A DNA stretch of 64,000 nt from Candidatus Multivoradales bacterium (GCA_965223155.1 CBDCVR010000015.1:992001-1056000); one strand, 5' to 3'. Shown: positions 52,606 to 61,945, counted from the first letter of the stretch. The notes: generated from the letters alone by a model not told the origin. Numbers and translations are program-made.

Positions 52606-53172
52606 TCAGGAAACCGGAAAGCGTTCGAGGATTGCCGACTCGGCGCGGCCCAGCCAACGGTCGCGCTCGTTCGGGTCGAGACGCACAACGGCGAGATTTC
52701 GCTCCCGGATCTCGGCCAGGAGCCTTGTGTCGACCGCGGTCTGGAAGTCGGGATCGGTCGCCCGCACGCCGTCGGCCGAGGGCGGCTCGACGATGGGCAC
52801 GTGGACGAGCAGATCGTAGGATGCCATCCAGGCGCCGACCACCGGCTCGAGCGAAGCCTGAGGGCCGTCGGCCAGGAGAAGGTAGACGTAATTGTCCAGA
52901 AGACTGCGATCGCACAGGACCGCGGGATACCGGGCCGAAGCAGAGAGCTCCTCGGCGATCTGGGTATGAAGAATCCAGGACTGAGCTTCGAGGCTGGTCT
53001 GCTCGTTGATGGGCAAGGGACAGCGGCGGGCGACTTCGTGGACGACCTCGAGGGCGACGTCGCGCGCCTTGAGCCGGGCCGCGAGGCCGTAGCAGAGGGT
53101 GGTCTTGCCGACCCCGTGGCTGCCGATGAAGGCGACCTTGAACCCCTGGCTGTCAGGCGCGGCTATGGGCAT
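52606..53172 (-). CDS. P-loop NTPase (NadR/AAA_28, nucleotide-kinase-like)
   Basis: FIGSHGVGKTT, EVAR, LCDRSLLD. Confidence 0.78.
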   Translation of the reverse strand: MPIAAPDSQGFKVAFIGSHGVGKTTLCYGLAARLKARDVALEVVHEVARRCPLPINEQTSLEAQSWILHTQIAEELSASARYPAVLCDRSLLDNYVYLLLADGPQASLEPVVGAWMASYDLLVHVPIVEPPSADGVRATDPDFQTAVDTRLLAEIRERNLAVVRLDPNERDRWLGRAESAILERFPVS

Positions 53173-53200
53173 CGCGAGATTCTATGCCGCTGGGTGGGTG

Positions 53201-53710
53201 ATGCTGGCTGAGACCGCGTTTCGCCCCCGCTACCGGCTGGGCGTGGTGGGCGCCTGGGTGCGGCTCGCGGAGATCCTCCTAGGAACCGACCTGGGCCGGG
53301 TGCGGCTGGAAGGCGGCACGGTGGCCCGGGCGCTCGCACGCCTCTGCGGCGCCCAGGCGGTGACCCTGGGCTCGCGGGTGGTCTTTGCCCGGGAGGCCTG
53401 GCGGGACCTCCAGGCGGGCCGCGACCGAGGCCTGGCCCTGGTGTTTCACGAGCTCGCCCACGTGGCTCAGATCCGGCGCCTGGGCCGATTCGGCCTGGCG
53501 CGGTTTCTGGGGCGCTATCTGGGCGAGTACTTGGCCGGTCGAGTCCGGGGGCTGAACCATGGCGCCGCCTACCGGGCGATTTCGTTCGAGCGCGAGGCGC
53601 ATGCGCTCGAGGCCCGGGCTCTCTGCTGGATCGAAGCGGGAGTGCTGACACCCGCGGTGGGCCGCGGGTCGGCCGCCGTCCGGCCTGGAGGCGAAGGACG
53701 CCAGAGCTAG
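53201..53710 (+). CDS. DUF4157-like protein with HExxH motif
   Basis: AQAVTLGSRVVF, HELAHVAQ, YRAISFEREA; start uncertain. Confidence 0.7.
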   Translation: MLAETAFRPRYRLGVVGAWVRLAEILLGTDLGRVRLEGGTVARALARLCGAQAVTLGSRVVFAREAWRDLQAGRDRGLALVFHELAHVAQIRRLGRFGLARFLGRYLGEYLAGRVRGLNHGAAYRAISFEREAHALEARALCWIEAGVLTPAVGRGSAAVRPGGEGRQS

Positions 53711-54315
53711 AGATTTCGCCGTCCGAGGAGCGAGCGCGCCAGGGTGACCTCGTCGGTGTACTCGATGTCCCCGCCCACCGGCATGCCGAAGGCTAGGCGC
53801 GAGACCTTGAGGTCGCGGTCGGCGAGGAGGCGCGCCAGGTAAAGGGCCGTCGCTTCTCCTTCGACGTCCGGGTTGGTCGCCAGAATCACCTCGGCGACGC
53901 CTTCGAGCCGGTCTAGGAGCTCGTCGACGCGGAGCTCGCCCGGGCCGACGCCGCGCTGGGGCGAGAGCACCCCGTCCAAGACATGGTAGAGGCCGCGATA
54001 CTCACCGGTGCGTTCGAGCGGCAGGATGTTGAACGGCTGTTCGACCACGCACAGGACGGAGCCGTCCCGGCTGGGGTCGGAGCAGTACCGGCAGGGATCC
54101 TCTTCGGTCAGCGAGAAACACGTCGAGCAGGAGCGGAGCCGATCCTTGACCTCGACCAGAGCGCGGGCAAGCTCTTCGGCCCGCGAGCGGTCGGCCTTGA
54201 CTACGTGCTGAGCCAGGCGTACGGCGGTCTTGGGTCCGATGCCCGGTAACCGGGCGAGTTCGGCCACCAGATGGCCGAAGGGATCTCTCGGGGTTGCTGG
54301 AGTTGTCGGTGGCAT
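53707..54315 (-). CDS. recR: Recombination mediator RecR
   Basis: LPGIGPKTA, C4 zinc finger, YHVL, ATNPDVEGEATA. Confidence 0.96.
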   Translation of the reverse strand: MPPTTPATPRDPFGHLVAELARLPGIGPKTAVRLAQHVVKADRSRAEELARALVEVKDRLRSCSTCFSLTEEDPCRYCSDPSRDGSVLCVVEQPFNILPLERTGEYRGLYHVLDGVLSPQRGVGPGELRVDELLDRLEGVAEVILATNPDVEGEATALYLARLLADRDLKVSRLAFGMPVGGDIEYTDEVTLARSLLGRRNL

Positions 54316-54362
54316 GCTCTAGGCTTTGAGCCGTCGCCGCGATGTCGCGACAAGGCGGGCCG

Positions 54363-54656
54363 TCAGAAGAGGCCCGGAAGGCCCCCTCCGAGGTTGCCGA
54401 CCGAGCTCTGGACCGCCTCATCGACCTTGCGGGTGGCGTCGTTGACGGCGGCCAGAACCAGGTCCGCGAGCATGTCGGCGTCGTCCCCGGACAGAACCTC
54501 GGGGTCGATCGTGACCGACAGAAGCTCCTTCTTGCCGTTCATGGTCACCGTCACCATGCCGCCGCCGGCGCTCGATTCGATCGAGAGGTCGGCCAGCTCG
54601 CGCTCGAGCTGAGCCTGCATCTGCTGGGCCTGTTTCATGAGTTGCTTGATCTTCAT
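54363..54656 (-). CDS. ybaB: YbaB/EbfC nucleoid-associated protein
   Basis: MKQAQQMQ, SAGGGMVTV, DLVLAAVNDA; lies between dnaX and recR. Confidence 0.93.
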   Translation of the reverse strand: MKIKQLMKQAQQMQAQLERELADLSIESSAGGGMVTVTMNGKKELLSVTIDPEVLSGDDADMLADLVLAAVNDATRKVDEAVQSSVGNLGGGLPGLF

Positions 54657-54727
54657 CGTCGGTCTCGCTCGTTTGCAGTCTAAGGAAAGGGGCCGCGCGT
54701 CAGAGCAAAGCGGCGGCCGTGGACTCT

Positions 54728-56668
54728 TCAGTCGGTCTCGGTTGGCTCGACGGATTCGATCGAGCCGCCGAAGATATCCAAGACGGCTTGGACCCGGGGG
54801 TCGTCGACCCGGGGCGGCTGGGCGTCCTGGAATCCGGTCTGAACGCCGCCGGCACCGCCTTCGCTCGCTTCGGGGGTTCCCGCCGCCGGGGCGTCGATGA
54901 GGCGCCAGGCGGAACCGGCACCCCAAGTCGCGGCCAGCGCGGCTTCGAGAATCTTCTTGTTGGAGGTTCGGGCCAGCCGGTCCCGCAGCCAGGTGTCCCC
55001 GGCCTCGACCGCGATCTCGAGGGTTCCGTCGCGGAAGGCGAGCGAGCGGGCGCCGCTCAAGTGGGCCGCGAGCGCCTGGCGTTCCTTGCTCACCCGAGCC
55101 ACGAAGCCTTCGACGTTGGCGCCGAAACCGTTGCCCTCGTCTGCGGGCCCGCTCGCGCTCCCGGGTGCCCCGTCGGTCTTCGCCGATGCCGGAGCCGATG
55201 CCGGAGCCGCCACCGCAGCTTCTTCTCCGAGAGGCGGAGGCGTGTCGGCCGCGGGTGCGGCTCGGTCGCTCGCCAGCTCCGGGCCACGGTCCGTTGTCGA
55301 CTCGGCCGCCCGGGGCGGTTCGGCCTCCTCCGTCTCTTGGGCCCGCTTGGTGGGCTTGGCCGGCTCTGCTGGCTCAGCTGGCTTCGCTGGCTTCGATAAC
55401 CCGGCTGGCTCAGCTGGCTCCGATGCCCCGGGCGGTGGCGCCGGGCGCGCCTTCCGGGCCGGCCTCGGGGCGGCGGCGGCGCGCATCTTCGAGCCTTCGC
55501 CGCTTCCAGGGCTCTTGGCCGCCGGGTCGGCTTCGAGCAGAGGACCTGAGCCGCCGCTCAGAAGCTCCTCGATCGCGACCAGCCGAGGCAACTCGGCGGC
55601 GCGCAGCCAGGCGATCTCGAGGGCCAGCGAGGCGCTCTCGCTCCGACGCACCGACTCCTCGCTTTGGAGGAGCAAGTAGATGGCGCGCAGGAGGTTCTCG
55701 TAGCCGACCCCCTGGGCCAGCTTGCGCAGGGCTTCGGCCGCTTCGCCCGTGGTCTCGAGCTGGGAGGTGTCCGTGCCCAGCGCCAGACGCAGGGCCATGC
55801 GGCAGTACGCCAGGAACTCGGAGAAGACGAAGCGCGGATCCCAGCCTTCGGTCTCGATGCGGCTCACGACCTCCGAAAGGTGCGCGCCGTCGCCCTTGGC
55901 GATCGCTTCCAGAACCCCGTGAAAGATTTCCGGGTCGAGCCCGCCCAGGAGCCGGGCCGCGTCGTCGTCTTCAATCGAGCCCGAGCCGAAGGTGGCGAGC
56001 TGATCCAAGAGCGCCACGCTGTCGCGGACCGAGCCGTCGCCGGCGCGGGCGATGATCCGGAGCGCCGCTGGCCCCACGGCGATCTCCTCGGATCCGGCCA
56101 GGAAGGCCAGATGCTCGGCCAGCTCGTCGAGCGCGACCCGGCGAAAGCGAAAATCCTGGCACCGGGACAAGAGCGTCGCCGGCACCGCGTCGGCCTCGGT
56201 GGTGGCGAAGATGAAGACCAGGTGGTCGGGGGGCTCCTCGACGATCTTGAGCAGGGCGTCGAAGGCCTGGCGCGAGAGGCGGTGGATCTCGTCCAGGATC
56301 ACGACCTTGTAGCGGTCCCGCGCCGGGCCGTACTTGAGGCTCTCGTTCAGCTCGCGCACCTGCTCGACCTTTGAGTAGGTGGCGGCGTCGTGCTCGATGA
56401 CGTCGAAATCCGAACCGCCGGTGATCTCGCGGCAGGTCGCGCAGTCGTTACAGGGATTCGCCGCCGGGCCGTTTTCGCAGTTGAGCGCCTTGGCCAGGAT
56501 GCGCGCGACGCTGGTCTTGCCGACGCCGCGGATGCCCGAGAAGAGATACGCCTGGGCGATGCGGCCATCCGAAAGCGCGTTCTGGAGCGCCCTCACGACC
56601 GGAGCCTGCCCGACGACGCTGTCGAAATCTTGCGGCCGCCACTTGCGGGCCAGGACCTGGTAGCTCAT
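54728..56668 (-). CDS. dnaX: DNA polymerase III subunit gamma/tau
   Basis: YQVLARKWRP, GIRGVGKT, CNDCATC, ILDEIH, SRC. Confidence 0.96.
   Translation of the reverse strand: MSYQVLARKWRPQDFDSVVGQAPVVRALQNALSDGRIAQAYLFSGIRGVGKTSVARILAKALNCENGPAANPCNDCATCREITGGSDFDVIEHDAATYSKVEQVRELNESLKYGPARDRYKVVILDEIHRLSRQAFDALLKIVEEPPDHLVFIFATTEADAVPATLLSRCQDFRFRRVALDELAEHLAFLAGSEEIAVGPAALRIIARAGDGSVRDSVALLDQLATFGSGSIEDDDAARLLGGLDPEIFHGVLEAIAKGDGAHLSEVVSRIETEGWDPRFVFSEFLAYCRMALRLALGTDTSQLETTGEAAEALRKLAQGVGYENLLRAIYLLLQSEESVRRSESASLALEIAWLRAAELPRLVAIEELLSGGSGPLLEADPAAKSPGSGEGSKMRAAAAPRPARKARPAPPPGASEPAEPAGLSKPAKPAEPAEPAKPTKRAQETEEAEPPRAAESTTDRGPELASDRAAPAADTPPPLGEEAAVAAPASAPASAKTDGAPGSASGPADEGNGFGANVEGFVARVSKERQALAAHLSGARSLAFRDGTLEIAVEAGDTWLRDRLARTSNKKILEAALAATWGAGSAWRLIDAPAAGTPEASEGGAGGVQTGFQDAQPPRVDDPRVQAVLDIFGGSIESVEPTETD
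55345..55425. repeat. 9-bp tandem repeat (same GCTCYGCTG family), ~9 units, in the dnaX linker
   Basis: gctctgctg gctcagctg gcttcgctg gcttcgata acccggctg gctcagctg gctccgatg; reads EPAEPA...KPAKPAEPAEPA. Confidence 0.8.
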
Positions 56669-56690
56669 CGATAGACGAGGACAGAAGGCG

Positions 56691-56800
56691 ACGAAGGGTT
56701 CCGGCAGATCTGCGGCACCCGACCCAACGCCTTATCGCTGCTCCCTTCCGGGCCTGACGAGGTTCGTCGCGGGTCGCTGCACAGGGCCCGAACCCTTCGT
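56691..56800 (-). ncRNA. ffs: Small bacterial SRP RNA (4.5S)
   Basis: Minus strand GTCAGGCCCGGAAGGGAGCAGC domain IV motif in a long hairpin closed by ACGAAGGGTTC/GAACCCTTCGT; upstream of dnaX. Confidence 0.93.
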
Positions 56801-56900
56801 GGCCTTCTGCCCGGTCTCATGCTACACGGTTTTCCCACCCTCTGCCTTCCGCTACACTACCCCGCCCGGCGTCCCCGGCAGGGGCGACGGAGGAGGACCT

Positions 56901-57362
56901 TTGAACGACGAGCGCTTCATGGCCGAGGCCCTGGCCGAAGCCAGACGGGGGGAGGCACTAGGCGAGGTTCCGGTGGGCGCGGTCATCGTTCGCGGCGATC
57001 GCGTCATCGGGAGGGGCGGCAACCGGCGCGAGCGCGACGGCGACCCTCTGGCGCACGCCGAGCTCCGGGCGATCGCCTCGGCGGTCTCCGAGCTGCCGAG
57101 CTGGCGCTTCGAAGGGTGTACGATGTTTGTCACCCTGGAGCCGTGTGCGATGTGCGCGGGGGCTTTGACAAACAGCCGGTTCGACCGGCTCGTCTTCGGA
57201 GCATGGGACCCCAAGGCCGGGTTTTGCGGCAGCCTGGGAAATCTGGTCGAGGACGAGCGGCTGAACCACCGGCTTGAGGTTCGGGCGGGCGTGCTGGCGG
57301 ACGAGTGCGGCAAACTGCTGACCGACTTCTTCGTCCGGCTCCGCGACCGCCGAGCTCATTGA
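56901..57362 (+). CDS. tadA: tRNA adenosine(34) deaminase
   Basis: TTG start after GGAGGAGG; GEVPVGA, AHAE, TLEPCAMC, DPKAG, NH. Confidence 0.93.
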   Translation: MNDERFMAEALAEARRGEALGEVPVGAVIVRGDRVIGRGGNRRERDGDPLAHAELRAIASAVSELPSWRFEGCTMFVTLEPCAMCAGALTNSRFDRLVFGAWDPKAGFCGSLGNLVEDERLNHRLEVRAGVLADECGKLLTDFFVRLRDRRAH

Positions 57363-57374
57363 GTTTCGTTTCGA

Positions 57375-57465
<91 letters not shown>

Positions 57466-57477
57466 TGGCTTCTCGTG

Positions 57478-57667
57478 GAGAAGCCCTGGCGTCGCGGGTG
57501 CGCTTCGGTCGCGTCCCTCCGGGTTGCCTTGGATTGGGGCAGGCCTCGAGCCAGCGTGCGCCCGAATGAGCTTGGAGCGAATCCCGGTCTTTAGGATTCT
57601 GGAGATGGCGGTGTCTCGGTACTTGACCGAGAAGCCCTGGCGTCGCGGGTGCGCTTCGGTCGAGTCC
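57478..57667 (+). repeat. 39-bp direct repeat pair (one mismatch) between the tRNA genes
   Basis: GAGAAGCCCTGGCGTCGCGGGTGCGCTTCGGTCG[C/A]GTCC at 57478-57516 and 57629-57667. Confidence 0.85.
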
Positions 57668-57844
57668 GACAAGGAATGTCGTGTGTACGGCGTCCGCGCG
57701 AGCTGAGCGCAAGACTGAGCCGTTGGGCTGGGCCGAGTTGAAGAGGGTTCCAGGGGACGCCGGAGCGCGAGTCCTTTCGACTCGGAGGCGAAATCCCGTA
57801 AACTCGCCGTCCGGCGCGCGCCGCCGGCTGTTCTATCGACCGTA

Positions 57845-57934
57845 GGAGAGGTGCCGGAGTGGTCGAACGGGGCGGTCTCGAAAACCGTTGACCGTGCAAG
57901 CGGTCCGTGGGTTCGAATCCCACCCTCTCCGCCA
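57845..57934 (+). tRNA. tRNA-Ser(CGA)
   Basis: GGAGAGG...CCTCTCC-GCCA acceptor, anticodon loop CT-CGA-AA, long variable arm. Confidence 0.95.
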
Positions 57935-58110
57935 TGCCTTCCTCTGAGACACCATGGCTTGGAGCGCTCAGAGGAGGAGTGCAAAGCGGAGGCTGAGAAG
58001 GCACTCTGGCGTTGAGAGTCGGAGGACGTGCTACCCTGACAAGGGCGCAAGCTGAGCGTAAGAAGGGCCGATCCTGTAGTAGAATGAAGCAAGCAGAATC
58101 CAAAGTGCAG

Positions 58111-58803
58111 ATGTCTTCTCTTCTAGGAATGGGGATCTACTCGGTTCCTGAAGCCGCACGGCTCGCTGGAACCAGTGCACAAGTCATTCATCGTTGGCTT
58201 TGGGGGTACCGGTACCGTTTCGCAGGAAACCTGTTTCATTCTGAGCCGCTGTGGAAACCTGAGCTTCCAGACCTGGATGGGGACCGCGCGGTCAGCTTTC
58301 GAGATCTCATGGAAATTCGTTTCGTTCAGACCTTTCGGTCCCATGGGGTGAGTCTGCAGTCGATTCGGCGTGCCCTGGCTCGGGCGAAAGAACTCTGGGA
58401 AGACGACGAGTATCCTTTCCTGTCGCTCAAGTTCAAGAGCGATGGGAAGGCGATTTTCGCTGCTGCCGCGAAGAACCGAGATGAAGAAGAGATAGTGTTC
58501 AACGTATTGACCGGCCAGCTGTTCGAGGAGCGCTTCCTGCAACGGCCGCTGTACGAAGGCCTTGAGTACGATCATTTCGACAAGCTTCGTCGTTGGTGGC
58601 CCCTGGGCCTAGACAGAAGTATCGTTCTTGACCCGAAGCGGCGATTCGGCCAGCCAATTACCAAAGAAGAGGGCGTCCCAACGAAAGTACTGGCGGCAGC
58701 GTTTATCGCGGATCGGTCAAGACACGCTGTGGCAGATTGGTACCAAGTTGGCGTACAGGCCGTTGACGATGCGGTGGAGTTTGAACAGCTGTTGGCCGCG
58801 TGA
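58111..58803 (+). CDS. VapB45-like antitoxin (N-terminal HTH plus DUF433)
   Basis: GIYSVPEAARL, SFRDLME, LDPKRRFGQP...GVPT...VDDAVEFE; alternative start 58084; GTGA overlap with the next gene. Confidence 0.8.
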   Translation: MSSLLGMGIYSVPEAARLAGTSAQVIHRWLWGYRYRFAGNLFHSEPLWKPELPDLDGDRAVSFRDLMEIRFVQTFRSHGVSLQSIRRALARAKELWEDDEYPFLSLKFKSDGKAIFAAAAKNRDEEEIVFNVLTGQLFEERFLQRPLYEGLEYDHFDKLRRWWPLGLDRSIVLDPKRRFGQPITKEEGVPTKVLAAAFIADRSRHAVADWYQVGVQAVDDAVEFEQLLAA

Positions 58804-59189
58804 GGTTCTTTTTCGACAACGATCTGCCTCCAGCATGGCCGGTCATGTTGGGCGCTCTTTATTCACCCGAGGGCCATGAGTTTCAGCACCTTCGAGACAA
58901 GTTCGACCCTGGCGACACCGATGAGGAGTGGATACCGAGACTGGCTGCCGAGGGCGAATGGATTGTTGTATCGGGAGACTTCGGAATTCGATCCAAGAGG
59001 ACTTGGCTTGCGGCCGGATTGACCACCTTCTTCTTGAATCGTTCCTGGTTCAAGAACGAGACGCTTGCTCGTCACGACATGAGCTGGCGCCTGCTAAAGC
59101 TCTGGCCGGAGATTGTTAGGCGCGCAGAGAAAGCCAGGGCGGGTACCGGTTTCCGAGTCCGACTTCGCGGTGGGATCATTACCTTCTAG
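58800..59189 (+). CDS. VapC45-like PIN-domain toxin
   Basis: MRFFFDNDL, DEEWI, WIVVSGD acidic PIN motifs; coupled to the DUF433 gene. Confidence 0.78.
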   Translation: MRFFFDNDLPPAWPVMLGALYSPEGHEFQHLRDKFDPGDTDEEWIPRLAAEGEWIVVSGDFGIRSKRTWLAAGLTTFFLNRSWFKNETLARHDMSWRLLKLWPEIVRRAEKARAGTGFRVRLRGGIITF

Positions 59190-59203
59190 CCCACGGCAGC
59201 GCC

Positions 59204-59233
59204 TTGACCCCGCTCTGTAAGGTCCGGTAGATT
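59204..59233 (+). promoter_or_regulatory. Putative sigma70 promoter of the rpmH operon
   Basis: TTGACC-N18-TAGATT. Confidence 0.5.
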
Positions 59234-59289
59234 CACGGATTGCGCCGCCTCGGCGCTATGAATACGAGTGAACTGTCGGGAATAGAACC

Positions 59290-59424
59290 GTGAAACGTAC
59301 GTATCAGCCCAACAATCGTCGCCGCAAGAAGAAGCACGGCTTTCGTGCCCGGATGCGCACCCGCCAGGGGCGCGCCGTGTTGTCGCGTCGTCGAGCCAAG
59401 GGCCGCAAGCGCCTGTCCGTATAG
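59290..59424 (+). CDS. rpmH: 50S ribosomal protein L34
   Basis: Below the ORF-track cutoff; GTG start, [44 protein letters not shown]. Confidence 0.97.
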   Translation: MKRTYQPNNRRRKKKHGFRARMRTRQGRAVLSRRRAKGRKRLSV

Positions 59425-59427
59425 CCG

Positions 59428-59823
59428 ATGTCCTCCGAGCGAGCTTCGTCTCGTTCGAGTGAGTCGTTACGGCCGGCGGAGCGATTGCGGCGCCGGCAGG
59501 ACTATCGCGAGTGCTATCAGCGCGGACGTCGAAGGTTCGGAACCCACCTGACCGTCTTTTTCAACGAGAACCAGTTAGCGCACCCGCGACTCGGCATGAC
59601 CGTCAGCCGCAAGGTGGGCAAGGCGGTGGTCAGGTCTCGACTTAAGCGCGCGTTCCGAGAGATCTACAGGCGATGGCCACGACGTACCGAGTTGCCGGGA
59701 TTGGATCTGGTGATCCACGCCAAGCCGTCCTCGGCATCGGCGACCTTTGCCGAGCTCCGGACCGACCTCGAAACGCAGCTTTCGGCGCTGGCGGGCCGGA
59801 GGCGCGGCGGCCGAACCTCCTAG
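59428..59823 (+). CDS. rnpA: Ribonuclease P protein component
   Basis: PRLGMTVSRKVGKAVVRSRLKR; synteny. Confidence 0.93.
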   Translation: MSSERASSRSSESLRPAERLRRRQDYRECYQRGRRRFGTHLTVFFNENQLAHPRLGMTVSRKVGKAVVRSRLKRAFREIYRRWPRRTELPGLDLVIHAKPSSASATFAELRTDLETQLSALAGRRRGGRTS

Positions 59824-60026
59824 CGCGGGCGTCGGCGGCGGTTCTGATCGGTTACAAACGGTTCGTCTCGCCGCTCTTGCCACGGGCCTGCCGCTTCTCG
59901 CCGAGCTGCTCCGAGTACGCGCGGCTCGCGATCTTGAAATACGGCTTGATTCGGGGGAGCTGGAAGGCCCTGGGCCGCCTCCTCCGTTGCCATCCCTTGC
60001 ATCCGGGAGGCGTCGACCTGCCCTGA
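59814..60026 (+). CDS. yidD: Membrane protein insertion efficiency factor YidD (start unresolved)
   Basis: YKRFVSP, CRFSPSCSEY, RLLRCHP, GGVD. Confidence 0.85.
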   Translation, partial: NLLARASAAVLIGYKRFVSPLLPRACRFSPSCSEYARLAILKYGLIRGSWKALGRLLRCHPLHPGGVDLP

Positions 60027-60100
60027 CGGGCGCCCTTGCGGCGCCCACACGGTAGTGAAGAAGCCCGGACGTTCTCGAAGCACCAGAGCAAAGGTACCCA

Positions 60101-61945
60101 TTGGATAACAAGCGTCTTTTTCTCGCCGCCCTGCTTTCGGTCGCGGTGCTCCTTCTCTGGCAGAACCTCTTTCCGGTCGAGCCGGTGCCCTCGGGCGCGC
60201 CCCCGGGACAGGAGGCTCCGGTAGCAACGCCGGCACCCCCGGCATCCGAGGAAGCGCCCGCGGAGCGCGACCCAGCCGGTGCCGGAGAGAGCTCCGGCGC
60301 GGGTGACGAAGGGGCCACAGGTGGGGACTCGGAGGCCGGCGCTTCCGATGGCGAGAGCGTGGAGCCAGCGGACCCGGATCCGGCGGAAGCTCCCGCGGTC
60401 GCCGCATCGTCCGAGTCCACCCATGTGCTCGAAAGCGACCGGTATCGGGCCACGTTCTCGAATCGCGGGGCGCAGCTCGTCTCGTTCGTTCTCAAGAACC
60501 ACTCCGATGGGCGCAACGGCGGCTCGACCGGGGTGAACCTGGTTAAGCGCCGCCGGAGCGAGCTCTATCCGTTCGGGGTCGCCGGCACCGATGGACGCGG
60601 TCTGGCTCTGAACGAAGCGCTTTTCGAGGTGACCGAGGACGGCGACGAGCTTCGATTCACCTATTCGGGTCCGCTCGGGCGGGCCGAAAAGAGCTTTGCG
60701 ATCGGCGATGAAGGGCTCCTGCTGGTACGGGCCGAGGTGTCGGGTGAGAGCGATTGGGCGCTCTACTTCGGCCCGGGGCTCCGGAATCCTTCGGCCCAGG
60801 AGCTCGAGAGCCGTTTCTCGCGGCGGACCGCCGTCTACTATCAGGACGGCGAAGTCGAGCGCCAGGACTCGGTCAAGACCGACGAGGTCCGAAGGGTGGC
60901 CGCGAGCGGTCTGGGTTGGATCGGCCTGGAAGACACCTATTTCGCTTCGATCTGGGTGCCGACGGAAGCTCTGGCGGGTGCCGAGATCCGGCCGGTCTGG
61001 GGTCGGGTTTCGACGGAGGACGACGGACCGGTCTTCGAGGAAGTGGCGGCGGCCGAGCGCGAGGACGACGACGTCGCGCGCGAGCTCGAGCTTCTGATCT
61101 TCCCGGCTGGAGCCGCGCTCGAGGGGAATGCCTTTCTCGGGGCCAAGGAGTACGCGCGGCTGTCGAAGCTTCCCTACAACCTCAAGGAAGCGGTGAACCT
61201 GGGCTTTTTCGCGGTGCTGGCGCGTCCGCTCTTGGCGGGGCTGCGCTGGATCCACGACAACGTCACCAGCAACTACGGCTGGGCCATCATCTTGATGACC
61301 CTGCTGATTCGCATCGTGCTCTTCCCGCTCACCCACAAGAGCTTCGTGTCGATGCAGAAGATGCAGGAGCTCAACCCGAAGGTCCAGGCCACCCGGAACA
61401 AGTATCGGGGCAAGCTCAAGGACAAGCAGGGTCGGCCCAACGTTGACATGCAGCGCAAGATGAACGAAGAGGTCATGGCGCTGTACAAGAAGGAAGGGGT
61501 GAATCCAGCCGGCGGGTGTCTGCCGATGCTGCTCCAGATTCCAGTGCTCTTCGCCTTCTACAACCTGCTCTCGGCGGCGGTCGAGCTTCGCCACGCCCCT
61601 TGGATTCTCTGGATCAAGGACCTCTCGGCGCCGGATCCGATCTATGCCCTGCCCATCATCATGGGTGCCAGCCAGTTCGTGCAGCAGAAGCTGACGCCGA
61701 CGGCGGCCGATCCGATGCAGCGTCGGATCTTCATGCTGATGCCGATTTTCTTTACCGTGCTCTTCCTGGGTTTCCCCAGCGGCCTGGTGCTCTACTGGTT
61801 GACCAACAATCTCCTGGGCATCGTCCAGCAGGGGGCGTACAAGAAGCTCCGCGCGCGTAAGGCCGCCGAGTCGTCGGCGCCCAAGAAGGGCAAGGGGACC
61901 AAGACCGACAAGGGCGCGAAGGACGCCAAATCGAAGAAGGCCTGA
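60101..61945 (+). CDS. yidC: Membrane protein insertase YidC
   Basis: NYGWAII, NPAGGCLP, LRHAPW, DLSAPDP, PSGLVLYW. Confidence 0.96.
   Translation: MDNKRLFLAALLSVAVLLLWQNLFPVEPVPSGAPPGQEAPVATPAPPASEEAPAERDPAGAGESSGAGDEGATGGDSEAGASDGESVEPADPDPAEAPAVAASSESTHVLESDRYRATFSNRGAQLVSFVLKNHSDGRNGGSTGVNLVKRRRSELYPFGVAGTDGRGLALNEALFEVTEDGDELRFTYSGPLGRAEKSFAIGDEGLLLVRAEVSGESDWALYFGPGLRNPSAQELESRFSRRTAVYYQDGEVERQDSVKTDEVRRVAASGLGWIGLEDTYFASIWVPTEALAGAEIRPVWGRVSTEDDGPVFEEVAAAEREDDDVARELELLIFPAGAALEGNAFLGAKEYARLSKLPYNLKEAVNLGFFAVLARPLLAGLRWIHDNVTSNYGWAIILMTLLIRIVLFPLTHKSFVSMQKMQELNPKVQATRNKYRGKLKDKQGRPNVDMQRKMNEEVMALYKKEGVNPAGGCLPMLLQIPVLFAFYNLLSAAVELRHAPWILWIKDLSAPDPIYALPIIMGASQFVQQKLTPTAADPMQRRIFMLMPIFFTVLFLGFPSGLVLYWLTNNLLGIVQQGAYKKLRARKAAESSAPKKGKGTKTDKGAKDAKSKKA

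Noticed and set aside
54728-56668. Programmed frameshift in dnaX producing a gamma subunit
   Set aside because: No A-AAA-AAG or poly-A slippery site seen in the linker region.
57478-57667. Direct repeats as a mini CRISPR array
   Set aside because: Only two copies, a 112-bp spacer and no cas genes in the window.
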